45,791 nucleotides of DNA from Eubacteriales bacterium (GCA_045632065.1 JAZQWA010000004.1:1-45791); one strand, 5' to 3'; positions 9,262 to 19,068 are shown, counted from the stretch's first letter. The notes: a model not told the origin generated them from the letters alone. Numbers and translations: made by a program.

Positions 9262-9990
9262 TTACCATAGTATCTCCTCTTTTTCCAGCACTGGTCCGTC
9301 CTTGCATATACGCTTATAGCCTGTAATTACCTTACAGGAGCAGCCCATACATGCGCCGAAGCCGCAGCCCATTCTCTCCTCAAAGGAAAGCTGACCGCTT
9401 GTTTTCGTTGCGTTATAAACCGCCTTTAACATAGGCTCGGGACCGCAGGTATAGAAATAGCTGTAATCAACACCCTCCATAGCGTTGGTTACAAAGCCTT
9501 TTACGCCCTGGGAGCCGTCGGCTGTGGCAACGATTACACGAGCGCCAAGGCTCTCAAATTCGTTCTTATAGAACACCTCGTCTGCGGTGTTGAAGCCGAG
9601 AATTACGGTAGGCTGCTTGCCCTCTGCAATAAGCTCACGGCAGAGCATATACATAGGCGGAACGCCTGCGCCGCCGCCAAGAAGCAGAGGCTTGTCACCG
9701 CTCTTCGTAAGGTCGTAGCCGTTGCCGAGGCCTGTGAGAGTCAGAACAGACTCGCCGGGCTTCATTTCAGCCATTTTCTCGGTGCCACGACCTACAACCT
9801 TGAAAATAATGGTCAGCTTATCCCCCTCAACGTCGCAAACCGAGATGGGACGGCGAAGATAAAAGCCGTCAAGCTTAATATTCACGAACTGACCGGGACG
9901 AATGCCCTCGGTATCGCCCGAAAGCACCCATTTATATGTGTTTTTTGCTATCTTCTCGTTGGTGAGAAGCTCAAAAAGTATATCCTTCAT
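9262..9990 (-). CDS. pyrK: Dihydroorotate dehydrogenase electron transfer subunit
   Basis: Motifs RPGQFV, LRRPIS, CGPEPML and the [2Fe-2S] motif MGCGFGACMGC...ICKDGP. Start moved to ATG 9990 (MKDILF), which follows AGGAG. Confidence 0.95.
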   Translation of the reverse strand: MKDILFELLTNEKIAKNTYKWVLSGDTEGIRPGQFVNIKLDGFYLRRPISVCDVEGDKLTIIFKVVGRGTEKMAEMKPGESVLTLTGLGNGYDLTKSGDKPLLLGGGAGVPPMYMLCRELIAEGKQPTVILGFNTADEVFYKNEFESLGARVIVATADGSQGVKGFVTNAMEGVDYSYFYTCGPEPMLKAVYNATKTSGQLSFEERMGCGFGACMGCSCKVITGYKRICKDGPVLEKEEILW

Positions 9991-10001
9991 TTTTGCTCCT
10001 A

Positions 10002-13000
10002 TCAAGCGTCAATAGTGGAAATGGTAATCGTAATATCCTCAAGCACGTCAAGAAGAACTCTTACGGTGTCAAGAGAGGTGAAGAGGGTGGTGTTGGTCTC
10101 AACCGCAAGACGTCTGATTTCATAGCCGTCCATTGTCTGATCCGACGAGCCGACGTCGCTTGTGTTGATAACGTATGCGATGTGTCCCTGGCGCATGGAG
10201 TCGGGAATATCGCTTGTACCGCCCGAGATTTTGCCCTTAACTCTGGTTCTGATGCCATGCTCCTTTAAGAACTTCGCAGTTCCGCTGGTAGCCTCAATGT
10301 TAAAGCCGAGATTGTAGAAGCGACGGATAAGAGGAAGCGCCTCCTCCTTGTCCTTATCTGCAATAGTGGCAAGAATTGTGCCGTAGTTCTGCACGTTCAT
10401 GCCCGAGGCCTGAAGCGCCTTATAGAACGCACGGTAGAGGTCGTCGTCATAGCCGATTGCCTCACCTGTGGACTTCATTTCGGGAGAAAGGTATGCGTCA
10501 ACACCGTTGATTTTTCTGTGAGAGAATACGGGCACCTTGCAGTACCATCTCTTCTTCTCCTCGGGATAGATAGAGAAGATGCCAAGCTCCTTCAAGGACT
10601 TGCCAAGGATAACCTCGGTGGCAATATCCGCAAGGCTGTAGCCTGTGGACTTGGAGAGGAAAGGCACGGTACGTGAGGAGCGAGGGTTAACCTCGATAAT
10701 ATATACGTCATCCTTGTCGTCAACGATGAACTGTATGTTGAAAAGACCTACGATGCCGATTTCAAGACCGAGCTGCTTTGTGTAGGTGAGAATCTTGCCC
10801 TTAACCTTATCCGAAACCGAGAAGGTGGGATAAATGGATATAGAGTCGCCCGAGTGAACGCCTGTACGCTCTACAAGCTCCATAATACCTGCAACGAAAA
10901 CGTCGTTGCCGTCGCAGATTGCGTCAACCTCAACCTCTTTACCCTGAATGTAGTGGTCAACCAAAACAGGCTTGTCCTCGTCGATTTCAACCGCAGTCTT
11001 CAAGTAGTGACGAAGCTGTTTTTCGTTGCCTACAAGCTGCATTGCACGTCCGCCAAGCACGAATGAGGGACGAACAAGAACGGGATATCCAACCTCTGCC
11101 GCAGCGCGTACACCGTCCTCGATTTTAGTTACCGCATGGCCCTTGGGCTGAGGAATGCCGAGAGAGGTAAGAATTTTCTCAAATGCATCTCTGTTTTCTG
11201 CCTTGTCGATAGCCGCACAGTCGGTGCCGATAATCTTTACACCGCGCTTTGCAAGAGGCTCTGCAAGGTTAATTGCAGTCTGACCGCCGAGAGAAGCGAT
11301 TACACCCTCGGGCTTCTCAAAGTCGATTACGTTCATAACATCCTCGGTGGTGAGAGGCTCGAAGTAAAGCTTGTCTGCGGTGGTGTAGTCAGTGGAAACG
11401 GTCTCGGGGTTGTTGTTGATGATAATAGCCTCGAAGCCGCACTTTCTTATGGTATTCACCGCGTGAACGGTGGAATAGTCAAACTCTACGCCCTGACCGA
11501 TACGGATAGGACCTGCGCCGAGAACGACGATTTTCTTTTTATCCGTAAGCCTGGACTGATTTTCTCCTGTGTAAGAGGAGTAGAAATAGGGGGTATATGC
11601 GCCAACGTGGGCGGTGTCAACCATACGGAAGGTGGGGATTATGCCACTCTCACGTCTCTTCTGCCAAAGCTCGATTTCGTCGCATTTCCAGAGCTTCGCA
11701 ATATACTTGTCCGCAAAGCCCATCTTCTTCGCCTCAGAAAGAAGCTCCATATCAAAGGGCTTTTCTGCAAGAGAAGCCTCCATATCGGTGATTTTCTTGA
11801 AGGATTCAAGGAAGAAGGGTGTGATTTTCGTAATTTCAGCAATTTCCTCTACACCGTGGCCACGTCTGAACAGCTCGGTGATACCGAAAATGTTGTCGTC
11901 GTGGAATTCAGCGATGTAGGAAAGGATATCTGCGTCTGCCATATCGTCAAACTTGGGGCTGTAAAGGTGGCAAACACCGATTTCCAGCGAGCGCACCGAT
12001 TTAAGCAGACATTCCTCAAGATTTGAGCCGATGCCCATAGACTCGCCCGTAGCCTTCATCTGTGTGCCAAGCTTGTTGGAAACGGAGGTGAATTTATCAA
12101 AGGGGAATCTGGGGAACTTGGCAACAACGTAGTCAAGGTCAGGCTCAAAGGATGCAAGCGTGCCTGCAACCTCAATCTCGTCAAGAGTCATACCCATAGC
12201 GATTTTAGCAGTAACTCTGGCGATAGGATAGCCCGAAGCCTTGGATGCAAGAGCCGAGCTTCTGGACACTCTGGGGTTAACCTCAATGAGATAATATTCG
12301 GAAGAATTGGGGTTTAATGCAAACTGAACGTTACATCCGCCCTCAATTTTAAGCTCTCTGATAAGCTTTATCGCTGAGTCGTTGAGCATTTTCTTGTCAC
12401 TATCCGAAAGTGTCATAATGGGAGCGACAACCATACTGTCACCTGTGTGAACGCCAACGGGGTCGATATTCTCCATACCGCAGATGGTGATAGCGTTGTC
12501 AGCCGAGTCACGCATAACCTCGAACTCAATCTCCTTGTAGCCCTTAACGCTCTTCTCAACGAGAACCTGGCTTACAGGAGATGCCGCAAGCGCGCCTACT
12601 GCGAGCTCACGAAGCTCCTTTTCGTCATAAGCGAAGCCGCCGCCTGTACCGCCAAGGGTAAACGCAGGACGAAGAACAACGGGGTAGCCGATTTTTGCCG
12701 CAACCGATGCACACTCCTCAACGGTGTTTGCAATATCCGAGGGAATAACAGGCTCGCCAACAGACTCGCAAAGCTCCTTAAAGAGCTCTCTGTCCTCTGC
12801 GCGCTCAATAGACTCGCTGGAGGTGCCGAGAAGCTGAACTCCGCTCTCACGGAGAATACCCTTCTTGTCAAGAAGCATAGCCATATTAAGACCGGTCTGA
12901 CCGCCGATACCGGGAAGAATAGCGTCGGGACGCTCGTATCTGATGATTTTCGCAATATATTCAAGAGTGAGGGGCTCCATATACACCTTGTCCGCAACGG

Positions 13001-13175
13001 TGACGTCGGTCATAATGGTTGCAGGGTTGGAGTTAACGAGAATAACCTCGTAGCCCTCTTCCTTAAGCGCAAGGCACGCCTGTGTGCCTGCGTAGTCAAA
13101 CTCGGCAGCCTGTCCGATAACGATAGGACCTGAGCCGATAATCATTACTCTTTTGATGTCTGTTCTCTTTGCCAT
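10002..13175 (-). CDS. carB: Carbamoyl-phosphate synthase large subunit
   Basis: Motifs IGSGPIVIGQAAEFDYAG and GAGPIRIGQGVEFDY, two ATP-grasp halves (IEVNPR), C-terminal MGS-like domain. Confidence 0.97.
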   Translation of the reverse strand: MAKRTDIKRVMIIGSGPIVIGQAAEFDYAGTQACLALKEEGYEVILVNSNPATIMTDVTVADKVYMEPLTLEYIAKIIRYERPDAILPGIGGQTGLNMAMLLDKKGILRESGVQLLGTSSESIERAEDRELFKELCESVGEPVIPSDIANTVEECASVAAKIGYPVVLRPAFTLGGTGGGFAYDEKELRELAVGALAASPVSQVLVEKSVKGYKEIEFEVMRDSADNAITICGMENIDPVGVHTGDSMVVAPIMTLSDSDKKMLNDSAIKLIRELKIEGGCNVQFALNPNSSEYYLIEVNPRVSRSSALASKASGYPIARVTAKIAMGMTLDEIEVAGTLASFEPDLDYVVAKFPRFPFDKFTSVSNKLGTQMKATGESMGIGSNLEECLLKSVRSLEIGVCHLYSPKFDDMADADILSYIAEFHDDNIFGITELFRRGHGVEEIAEITKITPFFLESFKKITDMEASLAEKPFDMELLSEAKKMGFADKYIAKLWKCDEIELWQKRRESGIIPTFRMVDTAHVGAYTPYFYSSYTGENQSRLTDKKKIVVLGAGPIRIGQGVEFDYSTVHAVNTIRKCGFEAIIINNNPETVSTDYTTADKLYFEPLTTEDVMNVIDFEKPEGVIASLGGQTAINLAEPLAKRGVKIIGTDCAAIDKAENRDAFEKILTSLGIPQPKGHAVTKIEDGVRAAAEVGYPVLVRPSFVLGGRAMQLVGNEKQLRHYLKTAVEIDEDKPVLVDHYIQGKEVEVDAICDGNDVFVAGIMELVERTGVHSGDSISIYPTFSVSDKVKGKILTYTKQLGLEIGIVGLFNIQFIVDDKDDVYIIEVNPRSSRTVPFLSKSTGYSLADIATEVILGKSLKELGIFSIYPEEKKRWYCKVPVFSHRKINGVDAYLSPEMKSTGEAIGYDDDLYRAFYKALQASGMNVQNYGTILATIADKDKEEALPLIRRFYNLGFNIEATSGTAKFLKEHGIRTRVKGKISGGTSDIPDSMRQGHIAYVINTSDVGSSDQTMDGYEIRRLAVETNTTLFTSLDTVRVLLDVLEDITITISTIDA

Positions 13176-13193
13176 TTTATTATTCCTCCCTAA

Positions 13194-14435
13194 TTAACCT
13201 ATGCTCGAATGTGCGACTCTGCCCTCGTAAACTGTCAGAAGGCACTTTCCATATACCTTTTCACCCTTAAATGGTGTGCTCTTACCCATTGAAACGAATT
13301 TCTCGGGGTTTATCTCGTATTCCTCGCCGACGTCGAAGACGGTAAAGCCTACGTCGGTGGTTATATTAAATCTTTCTCTCGGCCTTGTTGACATCAACTC
13401 AACCAGCCTTTCCATACTGAGAAGCCCCGTCTTAACCAGCCTTGTGTAAATCAGCGCAAATGCCGTTTCAATACCAACTACACCCATGGCGCTGCCCTCA
13501 AGTCCTCGCGACTTCTCCTCTGCCGAGTGGGGCGCGTGGTCGGTGGCTATCATATCTATCGTGCCGTCTAAAATTCCCCGTAAAATCGCCTCTCTGTCAG
13601 AGGGGGAGCGAAGCGGCGGATTCATTTTGAAGCGACCGTCCTCTTGCAAGTAAGAATCGTCAAGCAGAATGTAGTGCGGCCCTGTCTCGCAGGTGATGTT
13701 CACGCCCTCTGCCTTTGCCTTGCGTATAATCTCCACGCTCTCGGCTGTGGAAATGTGGCAAACGTGGTATGGGCAACCGCTTTCTCTGACCAATTCAATA
13801 TCTCTGGCGATAGGCCCCCACTCACTCTCAGAGCAGATTCCACGGTGTCCGTGCGCTCTTGCATACTCGCCGTCGTGGATATATCCGCCATGGAGCAACG
13901 AGTTGTCCTCGCAATGCGCTACTATCATTTTGCCAAGCGACTTGGCTTTTTCCATAGCCGCCCTCATCATTTCCTCGCTCTGCACTCCTCGTCCGTCGTC
14001 GGAGAAGGCAACCGCAGACTCTGCCATAGCTTCCATATCCGAAAGCTCAAGGCCTGCCTGTCCCTTGGTAATAGTGCCGTAGGGCAAAACTGCCACAGAG
14101 GCGTCCCTCTCGATAATTTGAAGCTGCTTTGCAAGATTTTCAGCCGTGTCGGGCGCGGGATTTAGGTTCGGCATTGAGCAAACCGCCGTGTAACCGCCTG
14201 CCGCAGAGGCCAAGCTACCGCTCTTTATGGTCTCCTTATAAGAAAAACCCGGCTCTCTGAGATGAACGTGAACATCACAAAGACCGGGAATAATAACAGT
14301 ATTATCAAATACGGGGGCGTCAAAAGAGGAAACGTCACCCTTGAAAACAGAAAGGGCGCTACCGTCAAAATACATATCAAGCTTTTTCATTTCACCGTTT
14401 TCATATACGCTCGCGCCGCGGAACAAAGCCTTCAT
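13194..14435 (-). CDS. pyrC: Dihydroorotase (type I)
   Basis: Motifs DVHVHLREPG, SMPNLNP, HVCHIST, KMNPPLR and IATDHAPH. Confidence 0.95.
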   Translation of the reverse strand: MKALFRGASVYENGEMKKLDMYFDGSALSVFKGDVSSFDAPVFDNTVIIPGLCDVHVHLREPGFSYKETIKSGSLASAAGGYTAVCSMPNLNPAPDTAENLAKQLQIIERDASVAVLPYGTITKGQAGLELSDMEAMAESAVAFSDDGRGVQSEEMMRAAMEKAKSLGKMIVAHCEDNSLLHGGYIHDGEYARAHGHRGICSESEWGPIARDIELVRESGCPYHVCHISTAESVEIIRKAKAEGVNITCETGPHYILLDDSYLQEDGRFKMNPPLRSPSDREAILRGILDGTIDMIATDHAPHSAEEKSRGLEGSAMGVVGIETAFALIYTRLVKTGLLSMERLVELMSTRPRERFNITTDVGFTVFDVGEEYEINPEKFVSMGKSTPFKGEKVYGKCLLTVYEGRVAHSSIG

Positions 14436-14473
14436 AATGTATCCTCTTTTCTTTTATATATTTATTTCGAATA

Positions 14474-14502
14474 ATTATAACATAAGTATTTATTAAAGTC
14501 AA
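14474..14502 (-). promoter_or_regulatory. sigma-A promoter of the pyr operon
   Basis: TTGACT (14502-14497), 17 nt spacer, TGt-TATAAT (14479-14474). Leaves only a ~30-nt AU-rich leader. Confidence 0.75.
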
Positions 14503-14537
14503 GAGATTATGCAACTTTTTTTGGTGAATTTCTGTCA

Positions 14538-14620
14538 ACAAAATGTATTACAAAATGTAGGAGCAGTATAGTATAGGATAGTATAGTATAGGATAGTAAA
14601 GGAGAGTATAGGAGAGAGTA
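14538..14620 (+). repeat. Degenerate pentamer tandem repeat (AGTAT/AGGAT/AGGAG) preceded by ACAAAATGTA x2
   Basis: Read directly as agtat agtat aggat agtat agtat aggat agtaa aggag agtat aggag. Confidence 0.75.
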
Positions 14621-14668
14621 ATATATAACACATACACTTAGGGCTTCGCCAAAAAACGTTGCCGTTTT

Positions 14669-14704
14669 AAAAAATTATGCGGAGAGTCGAGCCCTCCGCG
14701 TAAT
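14669..14704 (-). terminator. Terminator after the MacB-like ABC gene
   Basis: Inverted repeat ATTATGCGGAG...CTCCGCGTAAT followed by a U-run on the minus strand. Confidence 0.6.
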
Positions 14705-14708
14705 GTTT

Positions 14709-14743
14709 AATTTCGAATTCCGAATTTCAAATTCCGAATTTTC
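14709..14743. repeat. Heptamer tandem repeat (AATTYCR x~5)
   Basis: aatttcg aattccg aatttca aattccg aattttc, immediately after the ABC gene stop. Confidence 0.65.
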
Positions 14744-14745
14744 TT

Positions 14746-17517
14746 TTACTCTGTTCTGAGCGCTACAACAGGGTCCTTCTTCGCTGCGCTGGATGCGGGA
14801 ATAAGTCCCGAAATAAGCGTAAGACCGATGCTGAGGATTATAAGGAAGATTGCATTTCCTATCGGAAGCGATGCAATATTTCCGTAGCCGATAAGCGGCT
14901 TCAGAATCAGGTTAACAATAATCGAAATCAGGTAGGTTGCGCCAACACCGAAGATTCCCGCAAGGCCACCGATAATAAAGGTTTCCGCCATAAAGAGATT
15001 CTTTACGTCGCGCTTTCTACCACCGAGAGAACGGATAACACCGATTTCCTTGATACGCTCAACAACCGATACGTAGGTGATAATACCAATCATTACGGTG
15101 GATACCACAAGCGATACCGAGGTAAATGCGATAAGTCCGTAAGTGATAATATCAATCATGGTGTTAAGCATATTGATAATAATTTCGAGAGTGTCGGTGT
15201 AGGTAACTCTGCTTCTGTCCTTACCCGAGATAGTTGTGTCTCCGTAGGTAAGAGCGCTTTCCTTGTTCCACTCATCAAGCCACTCGGTAACGAGCTGTTT
15301 TTCCTCGAAGCTCTTGGGGTAAATGGTAATCCTGTTTGCAAGCGAGTTACCGCCGAGCATACGAGCTGATACCGTCTTCATATCCATAAGCTTGGAGGGG
15401 TCTGTCATTCCGCCGCCTGCGCCACCGCCTGCGCCGCCTTGCTCTCCGCCAGAGCCCATAGAGCCCATAATATCGGTAAGGGAAATCGACTGACCGAGGT
15501 ATGCCACACCGTTCTTTGTAGAGCCTGTTTCATAGGATGTGTAACCGTACTCGTAGTAAATACCAACGGAAATTGCCGTGCCGTTAAAGTCATATTCCAT
15601 ACTTGTGATAGGACCGTTTTCGTCGATATATTTTACAATTTCGGACTCTGCGTTAAGCTGAAGCACCTTCTCAGTCAACGCCTCGGTATAGTAAATACCC
15701 GAGGAAAGACAGCCGTAGGATGTGGTTTCGTTTGCAACGAGAATACCTGTTACCTTAAGGCTTATGCCCTCGCCGTCAATTGAGCTTGCATTAAAGTTAT
15801 AAATGAAGGGAGACTGCTTATTAACCATGGTGTTGCCACCGATTTCAAAGCTATTAAGGCGGAACACCTCGTCATTGGGATACCAGGTGAACGTCTTGTT
15901 CTGACTCATGAGCTTGTCATAGTCGATGTAGTCGTTGTAAAGGTTGGGATTGAATCTCTCATCGCCCACAACCTTATAAATTACGTTGAAGAACTCCTCC
16001 TCGGTGTAATATCCAAGCCTTGCAAGGAGCAAATCCGAGATTTCCTGGTCGCCGTTTAAGACAATCATAATCTCGTTTGCCTCGTCGGCAATTTCACCGT
16101 AAACGTCGTACTGCGAAGCGATATAATCCTTGTTGTTGGGAGCCTGCTCAAAGGAAGGAACAAGCTGATTTACGTAGCTTGCGAACTGCGCAAACTCGGT
16201 TTCTGCAAGCACCGAGGTATAAATGCTGGTAAGGGCAGTAATTGAAATGTTCTCGGAATACTTATTTTCGCCAAAGCCTCTTACAAAATCGGTATAGATG
16301 TTGTATGACATATCCATGCCGTAGTCCTTAACCATTGCGGCATAGCGGTCGGTGGGCATAGAGCTTACGTAGTCAACGTACTGCTGGGTAATATCGTTTT
16401 TGATGATGGAGTTGTTGCGGTTCTCCTGCATCTTTGCAACGTAGTTGATAAGCGAGCTTATGTGCGCCTTGTTGGCAAGGGTGGGCGCCTTCTCACTCAT
16501 TGTATCGTTCATCATATCGGTGATAGTGCTTAAATCAAACGCCGTCTCGGAGATAACGATAGGGTTACCCGAGAGCATATCGTCCTGCATTGACGCAATA
16601 TAGCCCTTGATACCTGCGGAGAACGCAAGTACCATTGCAATACCGATAATACCGATAGAGCCTGCAAAGCCAACCATTGCCGTTCTTCCCTTTTTGGAAA
16701 TCAGGTTCCTTGCGGAAAGACGAAGGGCGGTAAGAGGCGACATCTTCGCCTTTTCCTTGGTTTTTCTGCTCTTCGGAGCTGTGGTCTGTACTGCAAGAGC
16801 CTCTTGTTCACGGCGAAGCTGCTCGGAATACTCCTCCTCGCTTACGGGATTGGTATCCTCGATAATCTGACCGTCAAGGAGTCTGATAATTCTCGACGAA
16901 TATTGCTCGGCAAGCTCGGGGTTATGGGTTACCATGATTACGAGTCGCTCGCCTGCAATCTCACGGATAAGCTCCATAATCTGCACGCTGGTTACGGTAT
17001 CAAGCGCGCCTGTGGGCTCGTCTGCAAGAAGAATCTCGGGCTCGTTTACAAGCGCACGCGCGATTGCAACTCTCTGACACTGACCGCCTGAGAGCTGATT
17101 TGGGCGCTTGTAATACTGATTTGCAAGTCCAACCTTGTCAAGAGCCGCCTTTGCGCGTCTTACTCGCTCCTCGCGGTCAACGCCTGCGATAGTCAGCGCA
17201 AGCTCAACGTTGCCAAGTATGGTCTGGTGAGGAATAAGGTTATAGCTCTGGAAAATGAAGCCGACTCTGTGGTTTCTGTACACGTCCCAATCTCTGTCGG
17301 TATAGCTTTTCGTGCTTTTTCCGTTGATAACCAAATCACCGTCGGTGTATCTGTCAAGACCGCCGATAATGTTAAGAAGCGTGGTTTTTCCGCATCCCGA
17401 CGGGCCTAAAATCGACACGAATTCTCTGTCACGAAAGACTGTATCAACACCTCTTAACGCGCGAACCGTTTCCGAGGCGGTTATGTAGTCCTTCGTTATG
17501 TTTTTTAACTGCAACAT
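14746..17517 (-). CDS. MacB-like ABC transporter, fused ATP-binding and FtsX-type permease domains
   Basis: Walker A GPSGCGKT, signature LSGGQCQRVAIARAL, ILLADEPTGALD, one TM, a large extracellular loop, then ERIKEIGVIRSLG and C-terminal TMs ending DPVVALRTE. Confidence 0.92.
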   Translation of the reverse strand: MLQLKNITKDYITASETVRALRGVDTVFRDREFVSILGPSGCGKTTLLNIIGGLDRYTDGDLVINGKSTKSYTDRDWDVYRNHRVGFIFQSYNLIPHQTILGNVELALTIAGVDREERVRRAKAALDKVGLANQYYKRPNQLSGGQCQRVAIARALVNEPEILLADEPTGALDTVTSVQIMELIREIAGERLVIMVTHNPELAEQYSSRIIRLLDGQIIEDTNPVSEEEYSEQLRREQEALAVQTTAPKSRKTKEKAKMSPLTALRLSARNLISKKGRTAMVGFAGSIGIIGIAMVLAFSAGIKGYIASMQDDMLSGNPIVISETAFDLSTITDMMNDTMSEKAPTLANKAHISSLINYVAKMQENRNNSIIKNDITQQYVDYVSSMPTDRYAAMVKDYGMDMSYNIYTDFVRGFGENKYSENISITALTSIYTSVLAETEFAQFASYVNQLVPSFEQAPNNKDYIASQYDVYGEIADEANEIMIVLNGDQEISDLLLARLGYYTEEEFFNVIYKVVGDERFNPNLYNDYIDYDKLMSQNKTFTWYPNDEVFRLNSFEIGGNTMVNKQSPFIYNFNASSIDGEGISLKVTGILVANETTSYGCLSSGIYYTEALTEKVLQLNAESEIVKYIDENGPITSMEYDFNGTAISVGIYYEYGYTSYETGSTKNGVAYLGQSISLTDIMGSMGSGGEQGGAGGGAGGGMTDPSKLMDMKTVSARMLGGNSLANRITIYPKSFEEKQLVTEWLDEWNKESALTYGDTTISGKDRSRVTYTDTLEIIINMLNTMIDIITYGLIAFTSVSLVVSTVMIGIITYVSVVERIKEIGVIRSLGGRKRDVKNLFMAETFIIGGLAGIFGVGATYLISIIVNLILKPLIGYGNIASLPIGNAIFLIILSIGLTLISGLIPASSAAKKDPVVALRTE

Positions 17518-17613
17518 AGATTTTTCCTTTAAAAATTATTTTCAAGCATATTATAGCGTGATTTTATGAACAAAATTAGCGTATTTTGGAAAGTTTATGC
17601 AAATATATCGACT

Positions 17614-18996
17614 TTATTCCACCTTTATCTGCTTTGCCCAGATGCCCTTGTTAACAAGAATAAGTCCCGGAACGAGCTTAACGTTCTCCACTATCAGCAT
17701 GATAATGAGCAAATATTGGAACGGCAAGGTGGTAAAATACGAAAGCACGAACACCACAGGCATAACTATCACCCAGGCGTAAACGCTGTCGAAAAGCATG
17801 GTTATAAACACCAATCCACCCGAGCGGATTGTATAGTAAGTCGAGGTAGCGAGCGCAGCGGCAGGCATTGCGCAGCCGAATGCAATCATAATGAAGCTGC
17901 TGAGGTCTCTTACCGACTCGGTGGTGTTGTAAAGATATGGGAATATAGGCGCTAACGCTATCTGTACCAACATCATTACTCCGCCCATGAATACCGAGAA
18001 TGCAAGAAGCTTTCTGTCCTCGTCCTTTGCCTCTTCGATTTTTCCTGCGCCAAGAAGATTGCCTACCATAATGGCAATTGCCGAGCTTAAGGCAAAATAC
18101 GCTACGCTGAGCAGGTTTTGCAGGGTGAATGCAATGTTTGTCGCCGCTACTACGTCAAGTCCTCTTGTGGAATAGCACTGATTACGGAGAGTCACCGAAA
18201 GCGACCAGAGCATTTCGTTGAAAAGTATGGGAGTTCCCTTGATTGCCACCTGCTTAATAAGCGAGGCGGGAACTCTGAAATTCTTGAAAACACCCACAGC
18301 AAAGGGGCATTTAAGCTTATTTTTGTGTGTCCAGATAACTAAAATCGCAAGCTCTGCAAATCGCGAGAGGGATGTTGCGATTGCGGCGCCCATAACTCCG
18401 AGAGCAGGCAAGCCCAGCAAGCCGAAGATAAGAAGCGCGTTGAAAATGAAGTTTGTCGCCACCGAAACAACGCTGGCAACCATAGGAACAACCGTCTCGC
18501 CCGTCTCACGCAGGGTTGATGCGTAAACCTGGGAAATAGCGAATGGTATAAGTCCTATTATGGCAAAAGCAAGATAATTCCTGCCTGATTCAAGCGTCAA
18601 GGCAAGATTGCCATCGGTGCCGTCGTGTAGAAACGTGTTTATTAGAAAATCGCCAAGGCCTGCGAATATCGCCGTACCTAAAACGCCTATAACAGCGCAG
18701 ATAACGAGCTTTATACGAAGGGTGTTACGAACACCGTCAACGTCGCCTCTGCCATTGAATTGCGCGGTGAATATTCCTGCGCCCGAAATAGCGCCGAAAA
18801 TCGCTAAATTAAACACAAAAACAAACTGGTTTACAATTGCAACGCCCGACATCTGCTCTGTACCGAGACTGCCTACCATAAGGTTGTCAAGCAAATTAAC
18901 CAGGTTCGTAACCGTATTCTGTATAATCATAGGCACGCAAATTGCCAATACTCTTCTGTAAAAGGCCTTGTCGCCTATATACCTTTTCAAAAACAT
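17614..18996 (-). CDS. MATE family efflux transporter
   Basis: About 12 TMs, with DNLMVGSLG and LGVMGAAIATS motifs. Start moved to ATG 18996, which follows GAGGT. Confidence 0.9.
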   Translation of the reverse strand: MFLKRYIGDKAFYRRVLAICVPMIIQNTVTNLVNLLDNLMVGSLGTEQMSGVAIVNQFVFVFNLAIFGAISGAGIFTAQFNGRGDVDGVRNTLRIKLVICAVIGVLGTAIFAGLGDFLINTFLHDGTDGNLALTLESGRNYLAFAIIGLIPFAISQVYASTLRETGETVVPMVASVVSVATNFIFNALLIFGLLGLPALGVMGAAIATSLSRFAELAILVIWTHKNKLKCPFAVGVFKNFRVPASLIKQVAIKGTPILFNEMLWSLSVTLRNQCYSTRGLDVVAATNIAFTLQNLLSVAYFALSSAIAIMVGNLLGAGKIEEAKDEDRKLLAFSVFMGGVMMLVQIALAPIFPYLYNTTESVRDLSSFIMIAFGCAMPAAALATSTYYTIRSGGLVFITMLFDSVYAWVIVMPVVFVLSYFTTLPFQYLLIIMLIVENVKLVPGLILVNKGIWAKQIKVE

Positions 18997-19068
18997 TATA
19001 TACCTCAAATTTTGTTAAAAATGATGCTCAAAGAGGTCAATATGTAAACTTTAATTGTCAAAAGTTGA

